Shown here one piece after another: positions 50,640 through 64,000 of a DNA stretch of 64,000 bases (positions within the stretch are counted from its first letter, which is position 1; each line of letters opens with the position of its first letter). The notes under the pieces were generated by a model that was not told the origin of the DNA, searched no databases, and saw nothing but the letters and a program-made list of their open reading frames with translations. The position numbers and the translations under genes were made by a program. This DNA is from Octopus vulgaris (lineage: Eukaryota): assembly GCA_951406725.2 (NCBI GenBank), contig OX597819.1, forward strand, positions 28,706,001 to 28,770,000, given 5' to 3'.

Positions 50640-52965
50640 TCAGGTTGAACATCAGTGGAATTGTATTCTTTGTGGTACCATTGCCGGTGGCACACAAGAA
50701 AACCACCCAAACGTGGCTGTAGCCAGTACCGCATCGACTGGCCTCCGTGCTGTGGGCACAACAAACACCATCCGATCGTGGCCGTTCGCCAGCCTCATCT
50801 GGCACCTGTGTCGGTGGCACATAAAGACACCATCCGAAGACCCGGCGACGTAGTCAGTCCACCTGTGCATACCTTCCCTCTTATGACACTTGTGAAGACC
50901 TGTTGAGGCAAGTGTGTGACACTTGTGAAGACCTGTTGAGGCAGAGGCAAGTGTGTGACACTTGTGGAGACCTGTTGAGGCAAGTGTGTGACCCTTGTGA
51001 AGACCTGTTGAGGCAAGTGAAAATCAAAAATCAAATCAAACCAAATCAAAATAGATGAACATCAATGGAATTTGTATCTTTGTGGTTCCAGTACCGGTGG
51101 CACACAAGAAAACCATCCGAACGTGGCCGTAGCCAGTACCGCATCGACTGGCCTCCGTGCTGTGGGCACAACAAACACCATCTGATCGTGGCCGTTCGCC
51201 AGCCTCATCTGGCACCTGTGTCGGTGGCACATAAAAACACCATCCGAAGACCCGGCGACGTAGTCAGTCCACCTGTGCATACCTTCCCTCTTATGACACT
51301 TGTGAAGACCTGTTGAGGCAAGTGTGTGACACTTGTGAAGACCTGTTGAGGCAGAGGCAAGTGTGTGACACTTTGTGAAGACCTGTTGAGGCAGAGGCAA
51401 GTGTGTGACACTTGTGGAGACGTGTTGAGGCAAGTGTGTGACACGTGTGACACTTGTGAAGACCTGTTGAGGCAAGTGAAAATCAAACCAAACTTGTGAA
51501 GACCTGTTGAGGCAAGTGAAAATCAAACCAAATCAAAATAGATGAACATCAATGGAATTTGTATCTTTGTGGTTCCAGTACCGGTGGCACACAAGAAAAC
51601 CATCCGATCGTGGCCGTTCGCCAGCCTCATCTGGCACCTGTGTCGGTGGCACATAAAAACACCATCCGAAGACCCGGCGACGTAGTCAGTCCACCTGTGC
51701 ATACCTTCCTACTTATGACACTTGTGAAGACCTGTTGAGGCAAGTGAAAATCAAAATCAAAATCAAATCAAATCAAATCAAACCAAATCAAAATAGATGA
51801 ACATCAATGGAATTTGTATCTTTGTGGTACCAGTACCGGTGGCACACAAGAAAACCATCCGAACGTGGCCGTAGCCAGTACCGCATCGACTGGCCTCTGT
51901 GATGTGGGCACATAACAAACACCATCCGATCGTGGCCGTCCGCCAGCCTCATCTGGCACCTGTGTCGGTGGCACATAAAAACACCAACCGAAGACCCGGC
52001 AAGACTAGTCAGGCCATAACCCATGGCCCCTACTTGGGACGTAGTCAGTCCACCTGTGCATACCTTCCTTCCTTCTTGTGACACTTGTGAAGACCTGTGA
52101 AGACCTGTTGAGGCAAGTGAAAATCAAATCAAATCAAATCAAAATAGATGAACATCAATGGAATTTGTATCTTGTGGTACCAGTGCCGGTGGCACACAAG
52201 AAAACCATCCGAACGTGGCCGTAGCCAGTACCGCATCGACTGGCCTCCGTGCTGTGGGCACGCAACAAACACCATCCGATCGTGGCCGTTCGCCAGCCTC
52301 ATCTGGCACCTGTGTCGGTGGCACATAAAAACACCATCCGAAGACCCGGCAAGACTAGTCAGGCCATAACCCGTGGCCCCTACCTGGGACGTAGTCAGTC
52401 CACCTGTGCATACCTTCCTTCTTGTGACACTTGTGAAGACCTGTTGAGGCAAGTGAAAATCAAATCAAATCAAATCAAAACAAATCAAAATAGATGAACA
52501 TCAATGGAATTTGTATCTTTGTGGTACTAGTGCCGGTGGCACACAAGAAAATCATCCGAACGTGGCCGTAGCAAGTACCGCATAGACTGGCCTCCGTGCT
52601 TTGGGGACGTAACAAACACCATCCGATCGTGGCCGTCCGCCAGCCTCATCTGGCACCTGTGTCGGTGGCACATAAAAACACCATCCGAGCGTGGCCGTCT
52701 GCCAGCCTCGTCTGGCACCTGTGTCGGTGGCACATAAAAACACCATCCGAGCGTGGCCGTTCGCCAGCCTCATCTGGCACCTGTGTCGGTGGCACATAAA
52801 ATCACCCACTACACTCTCGGAGTGGTTGGCGTTAGGAAGGGCATCCAGCTGTAGAAACACTGCCAGATCTGACTGGCCTGGTGCAGCCTTCGGGCTCCCC
52901 AGACCCCAGTTGAACCGTCCAACCCATGCTAGCATGGAAAACGGACGCTAAATGATGATGATGAT
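50640..52965 (+). repeat. Head-to-tail array of about 6 RTE 3' UTR units ending in one RTE tail
   Basis: Marker GAACATCA(A/G)TGGAATT recurs at about 50647, 51057, 51544, 51799, 52150 and 52496; modules match 25134-25560. Confidence 0.92.
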
Positions 52966-53013
52966 TTACATAAACGTTAATAGTGCACACACGCACACAC
53001 ACATATAGGTATG

Positions 53014-53044
<31 letters not shown>

Positions 53045-53906
53045 GAACCTATGGAGATATGATAGATATGGACAGTTTTTTTGTTATTTTAATTATAGCA
53101 ATCATTGTCAACAATTTCTGACAGCACCAAGTACAGCTAACCAGCAAACTCAACAAGATAAATATATCCCAGACGCACGCGCGCACACACACACACACAC
53201 ACACATTTGCACAGATACAGATACATTCACAGAGCTATGTACTACACCTCCATTATTGCTCAGAGTCAGGACCATCTTCAGGTGTTCAGGGACTTTAGTG
53301 CTGCATTAAAGAAATGGGCCCCACCCCTGTAGAAATATGATAAAATCATATGTCCAATCACCCATAGCATGTACCTCAAGATGGTACTGCTTACAGTACA
53401 AGAAAAGGGAAGGATCAATAGCCCTTCCCCAGCCATAGACTCTTAAGGCTGGTTTTCTTGAATTCCAGTCCAATTCAGGATTACACTTTTTTGATGGCTA
53501 AGTGGATTGGAGCAATTTAAAATAGAAGTGATGAAGTGATGAAGTGATGAGGTGTTTTACTCTAGAACATACTGCATCACATGATGCAGCAATTGAAATC
53601 ATAATTTCACAATCATGGGTGCAACACCCTAACCACTTAGCCACAAACCTCCACACTCACTGTACACACAGATACATACTAAAAACAAATACTGGTGCCC
53701 ATACTTAGAGTACTAACAGATGCCATGTAATTTTTGCAGGGCAATGACATGTTGAACCCATCATAGACTGTCTCAGTCCTGCTTGGTACTCGAGTTTCTA
53801 CACAATTAACCACAATAAACTATGAAGAACACAAAACATCACACTACATTATCACAGGCTGTGCACAAACTACACACACTCTACTGTCACAACATAAGAA
53901 AAACTA

Positions 53907-53955
<49 letters not shown>

Positions 53956-54879
53956 GTGTGTGTGTGTGTGTCATTGTATTTTTGTTTGGCTAAACCCTCA
54001 AGGTAGTGTTCCAGCATATCTGCAGTCTAATGACTGAAAGAAGTAAAAAATAAAAGATAAAAGGTAGCTAATGATGAAAATAAACACCAGGCTATTTAAC
54101 TTTTTAAAGTTTCATGCATTAAATATGCTGACAATCAGTTCACTGTACAACTGAAGCTGACGAAATTATACAGAAATGTTGCAAGTATATGGCAATAGTT
54201 AAATTTTAGTTTACTGTAAATCCTCGAGTATAATCCGCATTTTTTTCCCAAAATTTAAAGGTCAAAAACCCTAGTGCATACTATATACGAGGTTAAAAAT
54301 GAAAATTATTTTCTAAGCAATGCTCGAGTCTCTATTTGCTGTCCAGCAATGTTTATTCAGACACATTTTGTGACGTCGGGCGTGAAATTACCTTAAGCTA
54401 AGCCTGAAAGCAATGAAGTCATAAAAGAATCATCCATAACTTGCAGTAAGCAACATTTATTAAAATAAAAGTATTCAGAACACAGAATAACATGTAACAA
54501 AAACAATTTGCAAACATATTTACATTCCCATATAACAGTTAAGAACATCACTATTATTGTATTACGCATGCGCGGAAGTGTTTGTTTGACTAGGTGCTGC
54601 TGGCTTAATTAGGCACGGCTCAAGTTAGAGAAGGGGTGCATATTATACACGAGGTCTAGGTTTTTCAGAGGTACAGCCCCCTAAAAATCTCCTGCATATT
54701 ATACTCAAAGGCGGACTATACTCGAGGATTTACGGTACGTAACTGAGAATATCAGAATTTTGTTATAGTGGCTGTCATAATCCAATATCAAAAAAAAAAA
54801 ATATTCCATCCAAAAATAAAAGTATTTAAAAAAAATTTTAAATATCAACCAGAATGCAGCTAGGAGATAACAGTTTACT

Positions 54880-55420
54880 GAAAGTATCTGCTTCCAGTAT
54901 GGCCTGAAGACGACTCTGGAATCTGGCATATGCATTCCTCACTGTATCCCTTGGAAGACCTTTGAACCCCACTTTGATTTTGGTCACCAGCTTGGCCTTG
55001 GCATTAAAAGGCAGAGCAGTGGGTGTCTTCTCAATTATGTCCCACTCAAAGTAATTTATGGGATTACAACTGGAGGAATTAGGGGGGCCAGAAATTGGGG
55101 CTGGTGAAGCTGTAGAAATTCTTCAACAACTACTTCCAACTCTTTCTAGAGGTATGTCATGGATCCAAATCCTGCTGGTACACGGGATCTTCCAGCAGCA
55201 ACCCTCTCTGACTAGGATTCACATAGACATTTGAATTGAGCCTAAGACCCTGTTCAAAAGTGTGGGGCATCATGACATTACTATTAGTAGGGACACACCC
55301 CCAAATCATCCCAGTTTGGAAGAACTTGGTTTAAATGATATATGGGACATCTTTTACAGCCTTTACAGTGTTCACAGAGCATTGAGCAGCAGTCATAATG
55401 TCAGCTTTTGACACCCAGTG
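54880..55420 (-). mobile_element. DD37D-like Tc1/mariner transposase remnant
   Basis: MIWGCV...MMPHTFEQGLRLNS and WPPNSSSCNPINYFEWDIIE on the minus strand. Confidence 0.7.
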
Positions 55421-55512
55421 TGAATCTTCATGATACAGGTAAATCATACAGGTGTGAATCTTCATGATACAGGTAAATCATACAGGTGTGAATCTTCATG
55501 ATACAGGTAAAT
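55418..55512. repeat. 34-bp tandem repeat, about 2.8 copies
   Basis: GTGTGAATCTTCATGATACAGGTAAATCATACAG at 55418, 55452 and 55486 (partial). Confidence 0.9.
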
Positions 55513-55889
55513 ATTTCTCAATATTCAGATGGCTTCCAGTCCTCCATGTCAGCTAATTTTATCTCAGCTACATCTTTAATCATAATGCTCTCTAATGTCA
55601 TTGACCTTTAGTGTTTGCATTATTCTACCAAAATTAATACCTTTTCATCCACATTGCCTTGAACTAATCAGGCATTATCTTGTAGCTATCAGATTTTGAT
55701 GAGGTAGCTGTTAATTTTTAAAACGATATTGTCGGGTTGGTGTGAGAGACCAGATATGGCCAGTTTGAACATAAAACAGGCAGAATACTTTTGGCCGGAT
55801 ATTGCCAGTTTAAATGCTAAAGGGTTAAGCTTTTCCTGAAAATGGAGACATAAAAATTGTCAAATTTAGCCTAAACACCTTATATGTAT

Positions 55890-55958
<69 letters not shown>

Positions 55959-56376
55959 CTCTTTACTCTTTTACTTGTTTCAGTCATTTGACTGCGGCCA
56001 TGCTGGAGCACCGCCTTTAATCGAGCAACTCGACCCCGGGACTTATTCTTTTTGTAAGCCCAGTACTTATTCTATCGGTCTCTTTTGCCGAACCGCTAAG
56101 TGACGGGGAGGTAAACACACCAGCATCGGTTGTCAAGCAATGCTTGGGGGACAAACACAGACACACAAACATATACACACACACTTATATATATATACAT
56201 ATATACGACAGGCTTCTTTCAGTTTCTGTCTACCAAATCCACTCACAAGGCATTGGTCGGCCTGGGGCTATAGCAGAAGACACTTGCCCAAGATGCCACG
56301 CAGTGGGACTGAACCCGGAACCATGAGGTTGGTTAGCAAGCTACTTACCACACACCCACTCCTATATATATATATA

Positions 56377-57390
56377 TATCCTACGTTCTACTTGCCTAGA
56401 ACCTGTCCTCTGAACCACCCCTCCCACTGGTGCTCCCCTATATTTCTGCACCCCCCCACCACCATTATAGGTGTCTACTCTTTGAACCCCCTCTTCAATA
56501 CGCTATTTCACCATGCATTACCCCTCTCTCGATATCCTACGTTCTACTTGCCTAGAACCTGTCCTCTGAACCACCCCTCCCACTGGTGCTCCCCTATATT
56601 TCTGCACCCCCCACCACCATTATAGGTGTCTACTCTTTGAACCCCCTCTTCAATACGCTATTTCACCATGCATTACCCCTCTCTCGATATCCTACGTTCT
56701 ACTTGCCTAGAACCTGTCCTCTGAACCACCCCTCCCACTGGTGCTCCCCTATATTTCTGCACCCCCCACCACCATTATAGGTGTCTACTCTTTGAACCCC
56801 CTCTTCAATACGCTATTTCACCATGCATTACCCCTCTCTCGATATCCTACGTTCTACTTGCCTAGAACCTGTCCTCTGAACCACCCCTCCCACTGGTGCT
56901 CCCCTATATTTCTGCACCCCCCCACCACCATTATAGGTGTCTACTCTTTGAACCCCCCTCTTCAATACGCTATTTCACCATGCATTACCCCTCTCTCGAT
57001 ATCCTACGTTCTACTTGCCTAGAACCTGTCCTCTGAACCACCCCTCCCACTGGTGCTCCCCTATATTTCTGCACCCCCCACCACCATTATAGGTGTCTAC
57101 TCTTTGAACCCCCTCTTCAATACGCTATTTCACCATGCATTACCCCTCTCTCGATATCCTACGTTCTACTTGCCTAGAACCTGTCCTCTGAACCACCCCT
57201 CCCACTGGTGCTCCCCTATATTTCTGCACCCCCCACCACCATTATAGGTGTCTACTCTTTGAACCCCCCTCTTCAATACGCTATTTCACCATGCATTACC
57301 CCTCTCTCGATATCCTACGTTCTACTTGCCTAGTACCTGTCCTCTGAACCACCCCTCCCACTGGTGCTCCCCTATATTTCTGCACCCCCA
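56377..57390. repeat. 155-157-bp tandem array, about 6.5 near-identical units
   Basis: Units start at 56377, 56533, 56688, 56843, 57000, 57155 and 57311; differences are almost only in C-run length. Confidence 0.95.
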
Positions 57391-57633
57391 ATAAAAAGCA
57401 CCATCCGAACGTGGCCGATGCCAGACCCCTCTGGCACCTGTGCAGGTGGCACGTAAAATACACCCACTACACTCGCGGAGTGGTTGGCGTTAGGAAGGGC
57501 ATCCAGCTGTAGAAACACTGCCAGACTAGACTGGAGCCTGGGGCAGTCCCGAGCTCCCCAGACCCCGGTCGAAACCGTCCAACCCGTGCTAGCGCGGAAA
57601 ACGGACGTTAAACGATGATGATGATGATGATGA

Positions 57634-57679
<46 letters not shown>

Positions 57680-57954
57680 CTGAAATTTATAGAAAAACAA
57701 AAGACAAGGACAGGTGTATGAACAACAAGAAAGTGTTTCAATTTGATGTTCAGGAAATTGGAAAAGTCTTTTATGTTTTGAGCCTACGTTCTTCAATGGG
57801 AAAGAATGAGAGAAAATAGAGAGAGGGAGAATGAAAGCAACTTGCAGATTTCAGGGGTTCAAGAACAATCTGTGCCAAGCAGCTTCACTCTGTGTATTTT
57901 AGCTCTGTTGCCATAGCAATAGTCTTGAAACTTTTTGATCAGATCCTGTGTGCA

Positions 57955-58016
<62 letters not shown>

Positions 58017-58455
58017 ATATGTATGCATATATATATATATATGTGTGTGTGTATATGTATGCATATATATATATATGTGTGTGTGTGTATGTATGCATAT
58101 ATATATATATGTATGTATATATGTATATATATATGTATTTATATATATGTATATCATCATCATCATCATTATCGTTTAACGTCCGTTCTCCATGCTAGCA
58201 TGGGTTGGACGGTTCGACCGGGGATCTGAGAATCCAGAAGGCTGCACCAGGCTCCAGTCTTATCTGGCAATGTTTCTACAGCTGGATGCCCTTCCTAACA
58301 CCAACCACTCTGTGAGTGTGGTGGGTGCTTTTTACGTGCCACCCGCGCAGGTGCCAGGCGAGGCTGGCAACGGCCACGGTGCATTTTACGTATGTATTTT
58401 ACGTATGTATGTATATATATATGTATATATATATGTATGTATGTATATATGTATG

Positions 58456-58524
<69 letters not shown>

Positions 58525-58526
<2 letters not shown>

Positions 58527-60280
58527 CATTCATCACTCCACTCTTACCACCTCCATTCACTACAAGCACACAGACTCACACTCATACCTAAACTTCTCTT
58601 CCTCCCACCCCAAACACACCAAGCTTTCTATCCCCTATTCCCAATTCCTTCGTCTACGTAGGCTCTGTAGTGACGACCATGACTTTGAGACTTAGTCTCA
58701 ACTCATGGCTCGCCACTTCATCCTACGTGGATACCCCCTCACCACTATCCACACCGCCCTTGCCAGAGCACCTTCCGTAGACCGTGCATCTGCTCTTTCC
58801 CCCCGAACCCGCCCTGTAGTCTCCCACCTCCCTTTTCCCCTCACTTACCACCCCACGACCCTACCTCTCCAACGCACCATTCTTCGAGCTTTCCGGCATC
58901 TCTAGTCTGACCCATCAACTTCACACATCTTCCCTAACCGACCCCTCCCCTCCTTCAAACGAGCCCACAACCTACAAGACCTCTTGGTCCACAGCTCCTT
59001 CCCTGACCCTACCTCCCAACCTGGCTTGTTCCCCTGCTCCCACCCACGTTGCTGCACTTGCCCTTACCTCTCCAACACTACCCTCCTCACTGGCACCCAT
59101 CATCGACCCTATCGCATCATCAACTCCTTCACCTGCACCTCCAGCAATATCATCTATTGCATCTCCTGCTCTCTCTGCCATTCCCTGTACATCGGACAAA
59201 CGGGACGCCGCTTGGCTGACCGGTTTGCGGAACACCTCCGTGACATCCACCTTGCCAATGACACACCGGTCTCACGCCATTTCCGCTCCACCGGTCACTC
59301 CTTGCAACACCTGTCTGTGTTCAGATTGTCCTTGCACAGAGGCCATCCGGATTCCCGTTTGCGCCGTGAACAGGAATTAATCTTCTCTCTTCGCTCTTTC
59401 ATGCCATTCGGTCTCAACTCTCCCCCCTTCTCATCTAACCTCTCCCCGACTTCTACTTCTCTTCAGTCCTTCATCTTTTCACCCCTACTCTCTTTCCCTC
59501 TTTCTTCTTCCCTCTTCCCCTTCTCTTTCTCTCTGCTCCCTCACTCCCCTTCTCTCCCCTCCCCTCCCTCCTTTCCCCTCCCCTCCTCCCCTCCTCTCCT
59601 TCCTTTTCCCTTCCCTCTCCTCTCCTTCCTTTTTTCCCTCCTCACCCCCTCATCTCATCTCATCTTCCCTCTCCTTCCTTCTTTCTCCCCCTCACCCCCT
59701 CATCTCATCTCTTCTCTCTCCTCCCCCTCATCTCTCTTCCCTCCTCCACTCATCCATCACTCTACCCTCCCCAGCCGAACCCCCCCTTTCACTCTCCCCA
59801 CAACCCCCACTCTACCCCAACCCCAGCCGAACCCACACCCCACATGGGCTTTACCCACCTCCCACCACACTACACTACACCATACGACACTACACTACAC
59901 CATACGACATTACACATCACATCATACATACATACACACGTCCAGACCTTTCATACGCACATACATACTCTCTCATACACACGCACCCTTATGTTGGGGC
60001 GAGGTCATTTGACCTTGTTATCTCCCCTACTATCCCTCTTGCGTCTAACATCTGATCTTTGACTTCTGGCCGAAATCAGACTGCCATGTTAAATCGTTAG
60101 CTCCTGCATGCATTTTTCTTTCTCTCCTTGTTTCTTTTCTGTGTATCTTTCTGTTGAAGAGCGTAGGCTCGAAACGTAAAAGACTTGTTTTATTTCTATT
60201 TCTGAGCACCATACTAATACAATTGTTTGTTTGTACTCCGCCTGCCTTTGTCTTTTGTTTATTTTCGTAAGCTTCCCGTT
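58525..60280 (+). mobile_element. Penelope-like retroelement 3 (Neptune-type), 3' part with terminal repeat
   Basis: HYKHTDSHSYLNFSSSHP, IPYSQFLRLRRLCS, RGYP, CSHPRCCTC, NIIYCISCSLCHSLYIGQTGRRLADRFAEH, REQELI..L....PFGLN; two in-frame stops; flanked by TA microsatellites. Confidence 0.92.
60146..60183 (+). ncRNA. Minimal HHR with variant core in the PLE3 terminal repeat
   Basis: TCTTT-CTGTTGA-A-GAGCgtagGCTC-GAAA-CG-TA-AAAGA; palindromic stem III ACGT. Confidence 0.75.
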
Positions 60281-60367
60281 ATATATATATATATGTATAT
60301 ATATATACATACATATATATATACACATACATATATATATATACATACATATATATATATATATATG

Positions 60368-60422
<55 letters not shown>

Positions 60423-60445
60423 ATATATATGTATACATATGTATG

Positions 60446-60513
<68 letters not shown>

Positions 60514-60713
60514 CTGTCACTCACATATATGTGTGTGTGTGTGTGTAATGCTGTCACTGATAAAGAAGATGAATGAAGATTATAATGAAAGCTGGTGAAA
60601 AAGAAAAAAAATCTCCAATATTTTGTTGATTAAGAAACTTGACTGGAAAATAAAGTATTATAAATCATACTGATTAACATAAATGATCATTAAACTGGAA
60701 AACAATATTTCTT

Positions 60714-60780
<67 letters not shown>

Positions 60781-62268
60781 CAAAGCACTGCAATAGTAAT
60801 ATAAATAATGTGAATATTATTGAAGGACAAAACAAAATTTCACTGAAGAAGTGTAAAGAATATGTTAAATATATTGCTCGCATGAAATTATTGCTCTTCA
60901 GAGAATTCTTGTATTTGTCATCTGATACAAAGTAAATATTAGCAATATGTTATGCTAAAATCCAGAATGTATACTAAAATTCTATCAATTTTATGGGAGA
61001 TTTAATATTGTAGCTATGCCAAGGTGCAGTCAGATTGTGGAATTTTGTGTCAAATTAAAAGACATGCAGAATATAAGTTCACAGTTGGTTCTAAGACATT
61101 GCCTGTAATAAAATTTGTGTTTGGTAAAGAAAGGCTACAAAATTAAATGAAAAGTTTATCTAGAATCCTTTCCATGGGTATAAATTTGTTTTATTGACGT
61201 ACGTCTGTGGAATTGTGAAGATTGCCTATAAGAAATGGTGAAAGCAATTGAAGAATATGTATCTTAGGTTAGTATTTATTCTAATCACTCAGTTATTGCA
61301 TAGTTTACTTCTGTTGGGGCGAAATATTTATTAGTTTTTCATTAATGATTGTCATTAAAGCTGCTCTGATAGTCTCATGGGATACTACTGAAGGATAGGA
61401 ACAGAAGAGAGAGAGAGAGAGAGTGAAAGTGAGATAAAGAGAGAGGGAGAGAAAGATGGAGAGAGAAAGAGAAAAAGAAAAGGCATTGATTTTTTTCTTT
61501 CTTTTTAGTTGGACAGTTACAGCCTGTTGCTGTCATCATTTATTACACTTTAGAACAAATCATGGTTTTTGTTGACATATATTTCAAGATAGGGATTGGT
61601 TTGATCGGTAGTAAAATCTGTGTACGAAAGCTTTTAACATGAGAAAAGTGGTGTATAGGCAACGATGGTTACAGACTTCAGTAAGTTTAAAAACCAAAGG
61701 TTCCACTAGATTTTAGTGTAGGGCAGTGTGCTTACATATATCTGTGGTGACACTGGGTGGGTGATCTCATTTTGTGTTAATGTAGGAGTAAGCATGGTTG
61801 TGTAGTTAAGCTATGTGGTTTGGGATTCATCTCCACATCTCTTCTCTTTCTCATATTTCCTCCTTCATACACTATGCCTAGCTCTCACTCCCCAATCCTG
61901 TCCTCATGGCCCTGTTCTTCTGTATCATTGCTATCCAGTTGCCCCCTGACTCTATATATGCTCAGATTTACACAATTCACTCCCCCCTTTACACTTTTTA
62001 ATCACACTTCCTTTGTAATATCTTGCACTTATATTATGGCATTCAAAGCTCAAAGGTATGCCCTGGCATTTGCCACCATCTATTTCTCTCTCTTCCTTCA
62101 CTCAACCATCCCATTTATATTCTGATCCCCGTCTCTTGTGAGTATGCCTGGCACTTCGCCACCATCTCTATCCTGCTGTCTCCCACACTCTCTCCTCCTG
62201 CACTTCCCTCAGGTTGAGTAACCATGTATTTCCTTTGTGGTAGTGCACATGTTTCTATCTTCATACCT

Positions 62269-62323
<55 letters not shown>

Positions 62324-63251
62324 CCAGTTGGGTAACCTTGTACTTACGCTACAGCAAAACACCTATTTCTGGCTCTTTGTCTCACTATAACCTTTCATCA
62401 TCCAACACAAGATCACTTCCTCCAATGCCTCTTCCCCTCTTGAAATTTTTTTTTTGTCTTGCCAGTACTTGGTGACCCTGTCAGTGTAGGTGTCACTTAA
62501 AAGCCCCCAAAAGCACTTAAAATCCACACTGTAAAGTGGTTGGAGTGTGGAAGGGTATCTAGCTGTAGAAACCTTGCCAAAACTGATCTTGCCTGTACTT
62601 GTGCCACATAAAAAGCACTAAGTCCACTCTGCTGAGTGGTTGGTGTTAGGAAGGGAATTGAGCTGTAAGAATCTTGCCAAAACAGTCACAGAAGTCTGGT
62701 GCAGGCGTCTGCCTGGCCGGTTCTTGTGAAACCGTCCCACTCATGCAAGTTTGGAAGGTGAATGTTAAATGATGATGATGACGATGATGATATATCATCA
62801 TCGTCATCATCATTTATCGTCTGTTTTCCATACTGGTTGGATGCTTTGACTGAGGACTGGCAAGCTATGAGGCTGCACCAGGCTCCAATCTGATCTGGCA
62901 AAGTTTCTTACAGCTGGATCCCTTTCTTAACACCAACCACTCTGAGAGTGTAGTGAGTGCTTTTTATGTGCCACTGACACAGGGGTCAATCAGGTGGAAG
63001 TGGCATTGACCACACTTGAATGGTGCTTTCTATGTGCCACTGACATGGGTGCCAGTCACATGGTACTGACATCGGCCATGACATTGATTTCACTTGACTC
63101 AATATGTCTTCTCAAGCACAGCATATAGTCTGATGATTGAAGGGTACTCTTAAATAGGCTGGCTATGTGACACTGGCATAGGCAACAGCTACAATCTCAC
63201 TTAGCTTGCTGGGTCTTCTCAAGCACAGCATATCTCCAAAAGTCTTGGCCA

Positions 63252-63297
<46 letters not shown>

Positions 63298-64000
63298 TAT
63301 TAGAGATAAAACCACTATTAGGCAAATCAAACAGTGAAAAACATAAGCCAATGCATAAAAATAAATATAATTAATATAATATACAAAATATATAAAATGT
63401 AAAATTTAAAATTTAAATTATTTAAATTTAAAATTTTTTAATTTATATTTATAAATTTTTATATTTTTTTATATATATTTTTAAAAATTCTAAATTTTTA
63501 AACTTTTAAACTTTTAATTTTTTTTTATACATATACACATATGTACTCATGTAGCTCATGCCAATAACGTAGGATGGTTTTTTTTTGTTTAGTTCTTGAA
63601 TAGCTCATGGGATTTTGAGTTTAGGTTAAATGTAAATATCATGAAAGGTTACTGATGTAAAGCTTGTTATGTCTGTGAATCTCAGGCAAAATTTTGCTGT
63701 ATTTCAATGTGATTTGTTAATGTAGTGTATCAATTATATAACCACTGGTGCTTTCTGAAATCACAAACCCCAAACATGAGAGATATGTAGGCAGCAGCTG
63801 TTTTGCTCAGGAAATGCAGCAGACTTTGATAGATTTAAATTTGCAAAAAACAAGTTTCACCAAATTTAACAAAAAGGAAAAAAAAAAAAAAATTGTGCTG
63901 CATTCAAAATGCTAATAGTTTCAAAGTATAAATAAAGTTGAATATGACAGCATAGTTATAAAATTTAAGTACTTTAGCACTGAATCTGTTTCCTACTAGA

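Noticed and set aside
59430-60012. Pro/Ser/Leu-rich extension of ORF 58984..60012
   Set aside because: Read-through into a pyrimidine-rich PLE 3' region, not a protein domain.

Overview
Eukaryotic, AT-rich DNA saturated with microsatellites. The SINE, RTE and MITE families look like those of octopus or another cephalopod (inference from family resemblance, not a search). I cannot support any host protein-coding exon; almost all listed ORFs are microsatellite or repeat artefacts. Recognisable content: one near-complete RTE-clade LINE (APE endonuclease + RT + inserted PHD finger, one premature stop) with about 12 dispersed copies of its 3' end and a 2.3 kb array of its 3' UTR; three Penelope-like elements (PLEs, RT + GIY-YIG); Tc1/mariner remnants; hAT, piggyBac, Merlin-like, Tc2-like and Helitron non-autonomous elements; four tRNA-SINE types; a 5S rRNA pseudogene; a young 155-bp tandem array. 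The main hidden signal, found by reading for CUGANGA...GAAA...UH on both strands, is about 14 type I hammerhead ribozyme (HHR) motifs in 64 kb, from about 12 different sequence contexts. Most have a family-specific palindromic stem III. One (9322-9367) caps a strand-specific G-U-rich rod inside a 355-bp unit bounded by a direct repeat, a candidate retrozyme / circular RNA element. All folding was done by eye and nothing was computed.
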